Below are positions 12,214 to 24,585 of a stretch of 64,000 nucleotides of DNA, piece by piece (position 1 is the stretch's first letter; every line of letters starts with the position of its first letter). The translations under genes were made by a program, and so were the position numbers. This DNA is from Octopus bimaculoides. Lineage: Eukaryota. A model generated the notes under the pieces. It saw only the letters and a list, made by a program, of their open reading frames with translations, made no database searches and had not been told where the DNA came from. The stretch lies in the NCBI RefSeq assembly GCF_001194135.2, contig NC_068993.1, forward strand, positions 59,471,415 through 59,535,414, read 5' to 3'.

Positions 12214-15200
12214 GACTCAGAATCATGATTTTCAAATTTTAATTTTAAGTCAACACAAACATATTAGGTTATGTTTAAAAACGCGATGTTGTTTTTTTTT
12301 CACGTTAGTTTATATTCTTGAATATGTTTAACAAATCTTCATCTGCTGTAAGCGTTAGAGTTTATCATTTTAACGAAATCAGAAAGGGAGAAATGCGAAC
12401 AACGCAAGTATAATTTGAAATCGGGGGCCCGGTTAGCCCTAGCGGTAATTTGAAATCGATTTTAGATGACCGGGTGGTAACTTGAAAGGCAGAGCACGTT
12501 GAAGTCTTTACACCGGGCTATCAATCGGAATGTTTACGAAACTGTGGTTAACAATAAATATCTGAGTGTCTCCAGATTCTCCTTTTCTATTTTATGTTAA
12601 TTGCATTCTTTTCCTGGTTTCGCTGTTTCCCACCAAATGTCTGCTACAACAATTTCTAAAGATGTCATATTGTTAAGTCAAGTGAATTAACATTATGTAA
12701 AGAAAACATAAGTAAGTATTTATAGGATTCAAAATTACATATTTACCCCTTCCCTCAATTTTCTTCCCCATGAACTACTGTTATCTATTCTGAAATTCCA
12801 GCATTCTCAATATTTCATTTCTCCTTTGAAATTTTAACTTTCTGTATATTAATTACTTTTCCACCCATAGCTACATCTCGTACACCGCATAGAAATCCCA
12901 CCCACTCATTTTCTACCAGGGTCTTCTCTTCTTTCATATTTACTAATAAATTAATCTTTGCTAAATTCATTTTGATGTCTGTCGATTTGTTTTCATGCTT
13001 GAAATTTATTTTCTACTAATACAGATTTAGCTATGGTGCATCCCATCTCCTTGCTGAATTCATAGCTATACTCTTTTGTTAAATCTTATTTTGTTGACTT
13101 TTATCCCTATACATCGTTTGTGTAGCTTTCACAAGGCATTATTCATCTATTCCAGATTTCACCAGACCACAACTACGAACCCTACCATAGTTACTTGGTC
13201 AACAAATGCTAGGTATTGGGGCTTATTCCTGGCTAGATACTTCTCGGTTTTGTCACTACAAAACAATAATAGTACTTCGTTGATACAACTCCAAAGTGCA
13301 TTGTGTTTATGTTTAGTTTCTTGCTAGAATTCTTTCTATTATCTTTATTGCGTAATCCAACAGTTCGTCTGTAGTTTCCTCTCTCACGTTGTATCGTCTT
13401 TGTCTTTGAAATACTTGACAATAATTCTTCTGTACCAGATACCACATGTGAAATGCTCTTACGCGGTTTCTTTATATTTTCCATACTTGAGATTCGTGAA
13501 TAATATGACAAAATAATATTGCTTTATATAAATATGATTTACTTCTTGGAAAAAGGTTTTTCATTCAATGTCAGCTTCCGGTATTAACGTAGCAATTACC
13601 TAAACAATATTTCGTTGCAGGCGAAATTTTCCTTTTTCATTCTAATTATTGTTTTCATTTCAAGCTTTCATTCGCTATTTGCAAACAACTACGATAAATT
13701 ACCGAAAGACATATTTACTAAGCAAGTGAGACATTTTATAAATTTTGAAGAAAATTTACTTTCTGAAGTTCCTTTTACTATTGAATGTTTCCAGTTCACA
13801 AATTTAAATATTTGGTATGAAATAGTTTTTAACGAACTTTTATTTACAGGATTTTCTTCATTTCATGTTTATTTCATTCAGTGTTTGCAATGTTCTTTCT
13901 CTCTCTCTCTCTAATATAAACACACACTGTCTCTGTAATATATACACAAATACTCCAGGCTTAATTTTGTTATTACACAAATAGGATATTAGAATTTTGC
14001 AATTCAACATAAGATGACCAAAAAAAAAACAAAAAAAAATATATGGGCGTCTTTTCGCTTGAAGGTGACATTTCTTTTGTGGCATGATATGATATGTATC
14101 TCTATTATATGTATATCTCTGCTCTGTTATGTCTGAAATAATGTTGTGATACTTTGGATAGATTCAGTTATATTCTGCAATTTATCACCATAGAAATATA
14201 AATTTTTGTTGTTCACACTGTACTGTTTAACTATTCTTTATATCTTATTCTGTTTATCTATCATTTCAGGTCCTTGATGAAACTGGTATCAAAATAATAT
14301 TTTACATCAGAAGCATCATCAATATTTATCAGCTTTTAAAGATAAAGGAAGATTCTATATAAGAAATATGATACTTGTATAAATCTGAGGAAATATGGCA
14401 ACATTTTTCAGTCTTGGTGAGATTGTTAGCAACGTTTTTGAAAGTCACTGTCTGGAATGAGAACAAAATTCTGCATTCTAAATAAATATATAATTATAAA
14501 TTACTTTACATCATCTTCAGATATTGGTAAAGACTGCAGTTGATGGGAATATAACTGAAGGAATACTTTTTAAAAATAATTTATAAAAAGAAAAGCAAGT
14601 GAAGTATTCATATATTGTGGAGAAATAAGAAAAACGTATAATGAGATGAGTTAACAGATTGATTCACATTTTTGTCCTTCAGAAATGGCCAAAAAAGTAG
14701 GAAAGTCTTCACATGAATGTGATATCTGTGGAAAGTTATTCACTACAAAGGATCATCTTACTACTCATACACGAATACATACAGGAGTGAAACCATATCA
14801 ATGCGACATCTGTGGTAGATCATTCTCACGAACTACTGAATTAACCACTCACAAACGTGTTCATACAGGAGAGAAACCATATAAATGTGATATCTGTGGT
14901 CAGTCATTTACACGTAGAGATGTTTTAACCAGACACAGACGTATTCACACAGGAGAGAAACCATATCAGTGTGATATGTGTAGTAAATCATTCCCCAATA
15001 GTACTAACCTGACTGCTCACAAACGCATTCATACTGGAGAAAAACCATATCATTGTGATTTCTGTGGTAGATCATTCACCCAAAATAACCAGCTAACTAA
15101 ACACAAACGTATTCATACAGGAGAAAAGCCCTATCAATGTGATATGTGTGACAAATCATTCTCTCGAAATGATAATCTAACTGCTCACAGACACATTCAT

Positions 15201-15669
15201 ACAGGAGAGAAGCCATATTGGTGTGATATCTGTGGTAAATCATTCCCTCGAAATAGTGCCTTAATTGATCATAAATGCATTCATACCGGAGAAAAACGAT
15301 TCCATTGTGACGTGTGTGGTAAAGCATTTGTTCAAAGTAATCTTTTAAAGGGACATATACGCATTCATACTGGGGAAAAACCGTATCATTGTGATGTCTG
15401 TGGTAAATCGTTTGCAAAAAGTACTGCCGTAACTCTACACAAACATATTCACACTAAAGAAAAGCCATATCATTGTGATATTTGTGGTAAAGCATTCTCT
15501 CGCAGAAATTATCTAGCTAAGCACAAAAGTATTCATACAGCTTCAAGACTGCATCACTGTAATATCTGTGATAAATCATTCCCTCAGCATGATGATTTAA
15601 CTAATCACACATGTATTCCTACATGAGAAACAAAAACACATCATTGATTTTTCCAGTAATCATTCTCAC
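12214..15669 (+). repeat. Segmental duplication unit containing ZNF copy C (partner 4817-8012)
   Basis: Collinear homology with the B unit, including promoter block, introns and CDS. Confidence 0.9.
14685..15626 (+). CDS. C2H2 zinc finger protein, copy C (10 intact fingers + degenerate terminal finger, 313 aa)
   Basis: Intact ORF, same length as B; acceptor tttttgtccttcag 2 nt before the ATG. Confidence 0.95.
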   Translation: MAKKVGKSSHECDICGKLFTTKDHLTTHTRIHTGVKPYQCDICGRSFSRTTELTTHKRVHTGEKPYKCDICGQSFTRRDVLTRHRRIHTGEKPYQCDMCSKSFPNSTNLTAHKRIHTGEKPYHCDFCGRSFTQNNQLTKHKRIHTGEKPYQCDMCDKSFSRNDNLTAHRHIHTGEKPYWCDICGKSFPRNSALIDHKCIHTGEKRFHCDVCGKAFVQSNLLKGHIRIHTGEKPYHCDVCGKSFAKSTAVTLHKHIHTKEKPYHCDICGKAFSRRNYLAKHKSIHTASRLHHCNICDKSFPQHDDLTNHTCIPT

Positions 15670-16234
15670 CAAAATGTGGAGCAGAGAAGAGTATTAATGG
15701 ACGAAGAGTGGGTAACAAGGGAAATGGTGCTGGACTGTAAGAAAAGAAAGTGGTAACATGGAAGCACTGCAGTTTGGGAGATAATTGGGTGTACCTTCAT
15801 TGTGATATTAATCTTTACATAAAAACAAAATGTGTGGAATTATCTTTGAATTATCATCATCAATATTCTTGTGTCCATCATCAATGTTTCTCTAACATTT
15901 TGTCATGTCATTAGTTTGAAATTTGAAATTCTAGAGTTCTGGCTGCACCAATCATTGTGAATATTCTCAATTTGAAATCGAAATAAAACTGGTTTACTCT
16001 TAAAGTGTTCTTATTTTTTATTATATTAATGAAAGTTTTTACTGATTTCAACATCATTTTACATGCATTTTAAATACATATTATGGTATAGAAACCTATA
16101 CGTGTGATTACTTTTATATCAAGAACAATTGACATTACAACACAAAAATTACTTGTAAGATATGGCAATATTTAGAAGAAGAATAACAGAATTGCTGGAA
16201 ATTTTATTTGTTTTTTTTTAGGAATGCTGTTAAC

Positions 16235-16672
16235 ATTATCATCCTTTAACGTTCGTTTTCTATGCTAGCATGGTTTGGACGGTTCGATTGGGGTCTGGGA
16301 AGCCAGGAGGCTGCACCAGGCTCCAGTCTGATCGGGCAGTGTTTCTACAGCTGGATGCCCTTCCGAACGCCAACCACTCCGAGAGTGTAGTGGGTGCTTT
16401 TACATGCCACCGGCACGAGGGCCAGTCAGGTGGTACTGGCAACGGCCACGCTCAAATGGTGTTTTTTACATTCCCCCTGCACAGGAGCCAGTCCAGCGGC
16501 ACTAGCAACGACCTCGCTTGAATGTTTTTTCGTACCACCAGCACAAATGCCAGTAACGCAGTGCTGGTAACGATCACGCTCAAATGGTGCTTTTCACGTG
16601 CCACCAGTGCGTGCCAGCTGCTCTGGCAATGATCACGCTCGGATGACGCTGTTAGTGGGGCCCAGCATGATG
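16235..16672 (-). mobile_element. RTE LINE 3' end
   Basis: atcatcctttaacgttcgttttctatgctagcatgg tail followed by the RTE 3' UTR subrepeats. Confidence 0.8.
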
Positions 16673-16859
16673 GCATTTTATAGCGAGGAATGCATTAATG
16701 AATATAGTCCTCCCTTTCAAGATTGAATGGGATAACTTGAGGAAAACTTAACTGCTATTTTTAGGAGACCATACAAGTAGAGGTCCTATTGCTGCTACAT
16801 AAATATTTAGCCTCCTGCATAGCCATAGCTACCCTAATAAGCAGACATTCGATCAAAAA

Positions 16860-17480
16860 CCATTTTGTCCTTTCCTCTGGTATTGTATATACAACCTTAA
16901 AATATGGGGTAAAGAAAAAGACTCCTCTAGCAAGCAATGAGGAATAACTCTTTGTACCCGGAGTCACATTTTGACAGGATGCCCCAGGACACGATGTGAA
17001 GGCCGATACAAGGGGAGACACAACAAGGTTCTTGCAGATATTACAAAGTGGACTGCTTTGCAAAGGATGAAGACAAATAAACACCAGCCAACACAACCAA
17101 AGGGCATCATATTCTCAAAGGAAAGTGATAAAACAACCAATGTGAAAATAATGGGAGGAAATACGTTTTATATTTTGTGTTCAGCCTCAGAATGGGTGAT
17201 GTAAGTTAAACTGAGGGGCTGAGTTGTCTTTTCAGAGGAAATAGTGGTAATATCACTCTGATAACTGAAGAAAGCCATTGAAGAGATAGGTATGGCAGCT
17301 GAAACTAGGTTAAGATGGCTATGGTTGATAATAGACCACAAATGGAACACTCCTATAGATGAAGACTAGCTTAATCGTCTCTGCCCATTCAGGTGAAGCG
17401 TACGGGCGAAATGCTTGTGACCTGCTGACCGATACGGAAAGGTTTACAGCATTGAAATCGATTTAGAAAAGTTTGCAAAA
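16860..17480 (+). mobile_element. Degenerate non-LTR retroelement of restriction-like-endonuclease type (HERO/NeSL-like), C-terminal fragment
   Basis: NLKIWGKEKDSSSKQ*G..CTRSHILTGCP..EGRYKGRHNKVLADI resembles the CCHC knuckle and RH(N/D) motif upstream of RLE domains; stops and frameshifts present. Confidence 0.65.
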
Positions 17481-17814
17481 CCTCTGAGTAGCTCCTGCAG
17501 TTCTTGCGAGGGAGGTAAACCCTCTCAGATGTTTATTTTACCTGCAGTAATACATAAATAAATAGGTGTCAAGAATGTACAGTATAATCTGAGAGAAATG
17601 TGGCTGCTGTTTCTAGCAGATTGCGCAGGTACGCAGAGGTTCCATTGATAATATGAAGTTGTTTAGTCGCAGAAAAGCCATGGCTGTTCAGACTTGGCTA
17701 CACGGTGCTGGTCAATCCATAGTTGTTAACGGAATAACTACGAAACTACGTGTAATTATGAATCTCTAAGTGTCTACATATTTTCTTTTATACATTTATG
17801 ATAATAACAGTTTA

Positions 17815-17933
17815 TCCAGATTTTCTTACTTCCGCCCAGCATCTACCAAAATCATTTCCGGCGGAGAACATTGTCTTATGTTTGTTAAAAGAATTTACCA
17901 AAGAAAATACAAAGATAAAAAGGAAAAGTGAGT
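17815..17933 (+). promoter_or_regulatory. Putative promoter/exon 1 of ZNF D (ETS-like ACTTCCGCC at 17828 and TTTCCGGCG), donor GTGAGT at 17928
   Basis: Block conserved in six paralog cassettes at the same position relative to the CDS. Confidence 0.7.
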
Positions 17934-18410
17934 TTTTATAGTGTTTTAAATCTACATAAAAACATTTTCAAGGCGGGGTTTCGGAATAACTGTTGTTTCC
18001 CAATGAGGTAAGGACAGGGTGAAGAATTTTAATATTCTACGATTTTCCGCCAAAATTTGTATCAGAATCGTAATTTCCTTTGCATCAAATAATAATTTTA
18101 GAAGAAAAAAATGAGCAGTAGCTGTCACTAACAAAATAGTTTTTCTTTCAGGGGTTTTTATCGGCATTTTAAAAAATTATTTTCGACATTTTATGGAATC
18201 CCGCATTATTAAACAGTTGTAAATCGCTACAGTCTTTTGGTTTTTAGGTCTGTAAATTCGTGGGACTAAAATCGAAGCTGGACAATATGAGCGAAAATAC
18301 AAAAATAGTCTTGGGATTTCCCGACAAAGCGAAACATATATGAAATACTTGACAAACAGAAATACATTAATTTAATGTTCTTTCGATCAAATGTTTACAA
18401 ATATATTTTT

Positions 18411-18787
18411 GGTAATCTTCCAGTTTCGAGGGGTAAAAGAAATATTCAAGGGAAATAACTGAACGACTTAACAGTATTATCCGTATTGCTTTTTCTCTAA
18501 AACAGCATGCGACGGAATTTTTTTTTTATGAAAGTTTAAAATGTTTTTTTCTTTTTCCAAAACGGAAAATAAGATGTTGTGCAGCCGGTCTTCCACGAGG
18601 CATTTTCGACTTCTCATAAGAAACTATGATATTCAATCACCTGTGTGATTTATATATAAGCAGTTAACGTCATCAAATCACGTGATTTATTTATAAACAA
18701 AGTAATACGGATAATACTGGTAAGACGTCGGTTATTTCCCTTGTAATTTATTTACTTTTTTAACCCTCGAAACTGGAAGATTATCCC
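18411..18787. mobile_element. Non-autonomous element with ~80 bp imperfect terminal inverted repeats in intron 1 of D
   Basis: taatcttccagtttcgaggg...agtattatccgtatt (18413-18486) vs aatacggataatact...ccctcgaaactggaagatta (18703-18783); no clear TSD. Confidence 0.65.
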
Positions 18788-19029
18788 GAGTTCGAATTCC
18801 GCTGAGGTCAATTTTCCCTGTCATCCTCTCGGGTCGATTAAGTGCTAATAGCACAGTACTTGATTCGATGCAATTAACTTGGGGCCCTCCTCGAAATTTG
18901 CTGATTCTGCACCGAAACTTAAATGAATTAATATTATTATTGCTGTTCTTTTTGAGGTCGGTTTATTGGCGGAAGTTAAGGACATAGACTGCACCCACCT
19001 TTCGGTAATTTTTTTTTNNNNNNNNNNAT

Positions 19030-19230
19030 GTTTAGCGGTATTTCATCTACTGTTACGTTCTGAGTTCAAACTCCGCCGAGGTCGACTTTGCCTTTCATCC
19101 TTTCGGGGGTCGATAAATTAAGTACCAGTTACGCACTGGGGTCGATGTAATCGACTTAATCCCTTTGTCTGTCCTTGTTTGTCCCCTCTATGTTTAAGCC
19201 CCCTGTGGGCAATAAAGAAATAAGAAACGA
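19030..19230 (+). mobile_element. tRNA-derived SINE (family of 58443-58612)
   Basis: ttctgagttcaaactccgccgaggtcgactttgcctttcatcctttcgggggtcgataaattaagtaccag. Confidence 0.8.
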
Positions 19231-19677
19231 AATAAATTTCCACAATTAAATTATCCTCTATATCTTGTACTGTTTTTCTTATTTCAGGATCCTTACCGAA
19301 ACTGGCATAAAAAAAAAGTGTTTTTATATCTGAAGCATTGTTAATATTCCCCATCTTTTCAAGACTCAAGGATGATGTTATGCAGAACAAATATAACCAT
19401 GTTTATATAAAGTCTTGTGAATTATGGAGAAAGGTTTCTTCTGGGTGAGATTATTTGCAACATTTGTGTAATTCACTGTCTGGAATGAGTACAAAATACT
19501 TTTGCATTGTGTAAAGATAAATCTATAAAGGATTTTGCAGAGTCGATGGACCTACAGCAGAAGGAATATTTGTTAGCAATAAATTGCAGAAAGGAAAGCA
19601 AAAGGCATATTCATATGATGTGGTGAAAGAAGGAAAATTGTTGTTTGTTTAAAATATTAATTCTTTATCCTGAAGAG

Positions 19678-20973
19678 ATGGCAAAAGATTTAGCAAAATC
19701 TTCATATGAGTGTGATATCTGTAACAAGTCATTCACTAAACAATGTCAACTAACTACTCATATACGTATTCATACAGGAGAAAAACTACATTACTGTGAT
19801 TTCTGTGGTAAAGCATACATTCGAAATGATGAGTTAACTATTCACAAACGTATTCATACAGGAGAGAGGCCATATTACTGTGATGTCTGTGGTAAGACTT
19901 TTTATCGAAGTGGTGAGTTAACTATTCATGTACGTGTTCATACAGGAGAGAAACCATATCAGTGTGATATCTGTGGCAAATCCTTCACTCGTACAGATAT
20001 TTTAACTACACACAAACGTATTCACACAGGAGAGAAACCATATCAGTGTGATATGTGCAGTAAATCATTCCCCAATAGTACTAACCTGACTGATCACAAA
20101 CGCATTCATACTGGAGAAAAGCCATATCACTGTGATTTCTGTGGTAAATCATTCAATCAAAGCAATCAGCTAATTAAACACAAACGTATTCATACAGGAG
20201 AAAAGCCTTTTCACTGTGATGTATGTGATAAATCATTCTCTCGAAACGATGAGTTAACTGCTCACAAATATGTTCATACAGGAGAAAAACCTTATCAATG
20301 TGATATCTGTGGTAAATCATTCCTTCAAAATAGTGCCTTGACTGGACACAAGCGTATTCATACTGGAGAAAAACGATATATTTGTGATGTTTGTGGTAAA
20401 GCATTTCCTCGAAGTAATAACTTAACTGCACACAAACGTATTCATACCAAAGAAAAACCATTTCATTGTGGTGTGTGTGGTAAATCATTTTCACACAGTA
20501 ATTCCTTAACTGATCACACACGTATTCATACTGGAGAGAGACCTTATCACTGTGATGTCTGTGGTAAAACATTCCCTCGAAGTAATTCTTTGAGTGATCA
20601 CAAGCGCATTCATACTGGAGAAAAACCATATCATTGTGAAATTTGTGGTAAAACATTTATTCGGAGTAATGAGTTAAAGGTCCATAAACGTATTCACACA
20701 GGAGAAACACCATATCATTGTGATGTCTGTGGTAAATCATTCTCTCAAAATAATTCCTTGACTAATCACAAACGCATTCATACTGGGGAAAAACCATATG
20801 ATTGTGATATCTGTGGTAAATCATTCTCTAGAAATAATTCCTTGGCTGACCACAAACGCGTTCATACTGGAGAAAAACCATATCAATGTAATGTCTGTGG
20901 TAAATCATTCTCTCAGCATGCTGCTGTAGCCGTACATAAACGTGTTCATGCCAGAGAAAAGCCACAGCATTGA
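19678..20973 (+). CDS. C2H2 zinc finger protein, copy D (15 fingers, 431 aa)
   Basis: Intact ORF from the conserved ATG ([12 protein letters not shown]); stop TGA occupies the first Cys codon of finger 16. Confidence 0.95.
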   Translation: MAKDLAKSSYECDICNKSFTKQCQLTTHIRIHTGEKLHYCDFCGKAYIRNDELTIHKRIHTGERPYYCDVCGKTFYRSGELTIHVRVHTGEKPYQCDICGKSFTRTDILTTHKRIHTGEKPYQCDMCSKSFPNSTNLTDHKRIHTGEKPYHCDFCGKSFNQSNQLIKHKRIHTGEKPFHCDVCDKSFSRNDELTAHKYVHTGEKPYQCDICGKSFLQNSALTGHKRIHTGEKRYICDVCGKAFPRSNNLTAHKRIHTKEKPFHCGVCGKSFSHSNSLTDHTRIHTGERPYHCDVCGKTFPRSNSLSDHKRIHTGEKPYHCEICGKTFIRSNELKVHKRIHTGETPYHCDVCGKSFSQNNSLTNHKRIHTGEKPYDCDICGKSFSRNNSLADHKRVHTGEKPYQCNVCGKSFSQHAAVAVHKRVHAREKPQH

Positions 20974-21689
20974 TATATCTGTAGTAAATTATTCTCTTAC
21001 TATTTAATCTGTTAACTAAACACAAAGGTATTCATATGGGGCGGAAAATTATATTACTGTAATATCTGGTAAATTTTTGTGTCAGCCTGATTTAGTTATT
21101 CACATCTGTAAGCTTACATGAGAGAAAGAACTTCATTCTGATATTTGTGACTGTGATAGGTGAGAGACTAAAAATAATAAAAAGAAACAAAGTACAGTAT
21201 TTCATCATACTATTAAGTTGCTGGATAAATTTGTTCATTTCTTTCCTGTATTCTTTCAATTAACATGAAAAATATTTTTATCATAATGTTTTCTTGTTTA
21301 TATGTAGCTCTTTTCTTCCTGTACAATTTTCATTTATTATTTCCCAAGTTTGAACAAAATTTATCTCTTTTCAGATGATGATGGAATGCCAGTTCCATCA
21401 TCTTAATTGGCATTCCATTATATGATGTTGGTGACATCTTTAATTTCATGTATGGCATGATTCCTTCATGATTTCATACTGAAACTTAATTATTAATTTC
21501 AAAGTGTTGTGGACTTTGAAATTAATAATTATGTCAAAATTGGTGGAGTAATATTTGAATTATCATCAATGATGTTTTTATGTTCATTTCCCAATGCATG
21601 CCTACATAGAAAATGGGTGGAGGGGGAATAGGCAAGCATGATGCATGAGAGGTGCAGAGGGATCGCTTCCAGGACTCGGTTTTTCTGAG

Positions 21690-22330
21690 GTGGGAGATTC
21701 TTATTGAGAACCTCATATCACCAGAGACCCCAGTCCTTTGTCATCTCATCTGTCAGGCACAGGGCTTAAGGTTAACCTCTACCACTTCATCTCATCTGCT
21801 CCTAGATCTTCCTTTTCCACTAGTTCCAGCTACATTAAGTCATGGGTACTTTATACAGCTGTCTTCATCCATACGCATCACCTGTCCATATCAGTGCAGG
21901 CTTCTTTCTTGAACACAACATCTGATTCCTGTTATACCCAACTTTTCAATGTGTACCTTTCCACAAATTCTTTCATGCACACTCACATTGCACATCCACT
22001 TGTGCATACTTGCTTTGTTTCTTTCCAGCCTTCTCAAATTCTCTGCATTTCAGGCCCATGTCTCACTACCCCACATCATTGCAGTTCTAACACAAGCATC
22101 ATAAAACCAGCCATTCACCATTAGGAAAAGATCTCTCTTGTTAACAGTGGTAATAGCTCTGAACTTTCTCCAACTAATACTTACTCTAGCAGCTATACTT
22201 CCAGAACAACCACCTCTCTTACTAGTTACATCTCCAAAGTAACAAAAGCTATCGACTACTTCTAATGAGCCATAAAGACTCAGTTTCAGATGTACTCACA
22301 TGTACTGCTCCAGTGCATCTACATTTTGAG
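21690..22330 (-). mobile_element. Old RTE LINE C-terminal fragment
   Basis: Minus-strand similarity to KFRELLPLL/YDACVRT/SETW region; a related fragment lies at 34540-34790. Confidence 0.6.
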
Positions 22331-23064
22331 ATTGTGTTAGCTTACATATATGAAATTACAGAACAGTGGACAATAGCATAGTCATCTCTTTGGAACTCTC
22401 ATTTATCATTATTTGTTTGCTCCATTGGAACTGCCAGTGTCAGCGTAGTAGACCCTCATCTCTCTGTAGCTGATAAAATAAAGTACCAGTTAAGTGCTAC
22501 AGTCAGCACTTGTGTCTAAAACTCTTCTCCCAAATTGCTGCCTTTATGTCTAAGCTAGAAACAATTATTCAGTAGTCCCAGGTCAGTCCAACTGAGCAGA
22601 CAAAGATTCAAGATATTTTGGTGTGACCAATTCAGTTATTTTTTCTGGGGAACTTGTTCAATTTTTTCCAATCACTTGAAGTTTTTCAAATTTTTATGAA
22701 ATTATTTTTTAAAAAAATCAATGTAGTCTTCGTATGCTGGTGATAAAAATAGTATCCATTTTTTTTTCTAGAATTTAATAAAGAAGTCACAAACATACAC
22801 AGTTTTGTAATATAAGCCAAGGTATTTTAGGTGGAACTTATCTGATGCCATGGAAATTAGCAAAGACAAGAAAGATGAAGACTTTACGAGGTCTCTAGAC
22901 CTGCTAAAAGTAACGGTCACATTTTCCTTAAACTACATCGAATGGGGATGGGGGCATATTTTTTTTTCGTTCATAATGAGAGTACGAATTCATTATACGC
23001 TTGAATGCCCAGTGACCCTAAATATGTGTTTATTATATGTAATAAATATAAAAGGGTAAAGAGT

Positions 23065-23335
23065 AAGGTAAAGACCCATTTCGGTCATGAATGACCATGG
23101 GGTTGCTTCTAGAAAGTTTCCCTTCGAGGCACAATTCCGGGCAAGGTTGTTTATGGACAACCAGCAGTCGTCCAGCCTCCGCTCTCCACGCTTATCCAAG
23201 AGAATGGATACAACTTGGCACCAGTGACATTGCAACTCATTTCTACAGCTGAGTAAACTGAAACAACATGAAATAAAGTATCTTGCTCAAGAACACAACA
23301 CACAGCCTGGTCCAGGAATCGAACTCATGATTGTG
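23065..23335 (-). mobile_element. SINE (cttgagcaag-type core), with an orthologous copy at 28955-29255
   Basis: Two collinear copies upstream of E and F at the same cassette position. Confidence 0.7.
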
Positions 23336-23634
23336 GTATATTTTTATAAATATATTGTATGTATTAATAACAAGTACGTACACAGCATTATGCCATTGTA
23401 TAGTGAGGAATACATTAATGGACATAGTCCTCCAAGCCAAGATTAACAGTATAACTTGAGGGAAATATGACAGTTATTTCTAGCAGATTGTGCAAGTACG
23501 TAGAGGTTCCATTGCACCTACGTCGTCATTTAGTCCAAGAAAAACCATAACTGACCAGCACTACCTATTCAGTGCTGGTCAATCGACAGTTGTTAACAAT
23601 AACTATGAAACTACGTGTAATAAATCTCTAAGTG

Positions 23635-23951
23635 GGAGATGGTAAAACGTGTGCAAACATCCATCAGACGAAAGTGAAACAGCTGGTGGGGGAGGGGCCT
23701 TGACTGTTTCTTCAAGAAAAAAATATATTTAAAAACAGAAATTCCTAGATTCATAATTTCTGTATTTTTTAGAATTCGGAAAAAAGTTTAAATTAGGAAT
23801 TAATGGGGGGTAAAATTTCGGAAAAGTGATTTTGGGGTAAAATCTCATTCTCCTACATTGAAAGCATAGAAAACCGGAAAAAATCTTGGGTATAAATAAA
23901 TAAATAAAAAAACATCGGAAATGGATGGTGTGCACGCGTTTTACGTTCGCT
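23635..23951. mobile_element. 317-bp MITE with 8-bp TSD upstream of the E promoter
   Basis: TSD tctaagtg at 23627-23634 and 23952-23959; imperfect TIR gtaaaacgtgtgcaaacatccat / atggatggtgtgcacgcgttttac; empty site seen in copy D. Confidence 0.8.
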
Positions 23952-23999
23952 TCTAAGTGTATCCATATTTTGTTTTTCTATTTATGATAATAAATATTT

Positions 24000-24114
24000 A
24001 TTCGGATTCTGTTACTTCCGCCAAGCATCTACCATAATCATTTCCGGCGAAGAACTTTGTCGCATATTAATCGAATTTATCAAAGAAATTATAAAGGTAA
24101 AAAGAAAAGTAAGT
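24000..24114 (+). promoter_or_regulatory. Putative promoter/exon 1 of ZNF E, donor GTAAGT at 24109
   Basis: ACTTCCGCC at 24014 and TTTCCGGCG; conserved among paralogs. Confidence 0.7.
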
Positions 24115-24585
24115 ATTTATAATGTTTAAATCGATATTAAATATTTCCAGGACGGATCTTCGGAATAACTGTGGTTTCTTCACGGGAAATGAAAAAGGAG
24201 CGAAGAATTGGGAAGGTTTTTCTTTTTCCTTCATCATTCAATATTTTATGATAGTCCGATGAAATTTCTATCAGAATCGTAATTTCCTTTGTATCAAACA
24301 CAGGAATACTACGAAAAAGTGGGGTGGTTTTCGAAATAGCAGTCACTAATAAAATGGAATTTCTCGAAGATTTTTTTGTTATTTTTTGGTATTTTTACCT
24401 TTTGTAGAATCTCAAAGTAGATGTAAATCTCTTTAAAAAAGAAAAAAGAAAAATATTCCGTATCTTTGCTTTTTTGAAATGTCTCACTCTCTCTGTCCTT
24501 CTCAATTACGATTTCGGAATATCTGCCATGATTCTCATGAATTAATTTTCTTCCCAATTTCCTGTCTATTCTGAAATATTTACAC

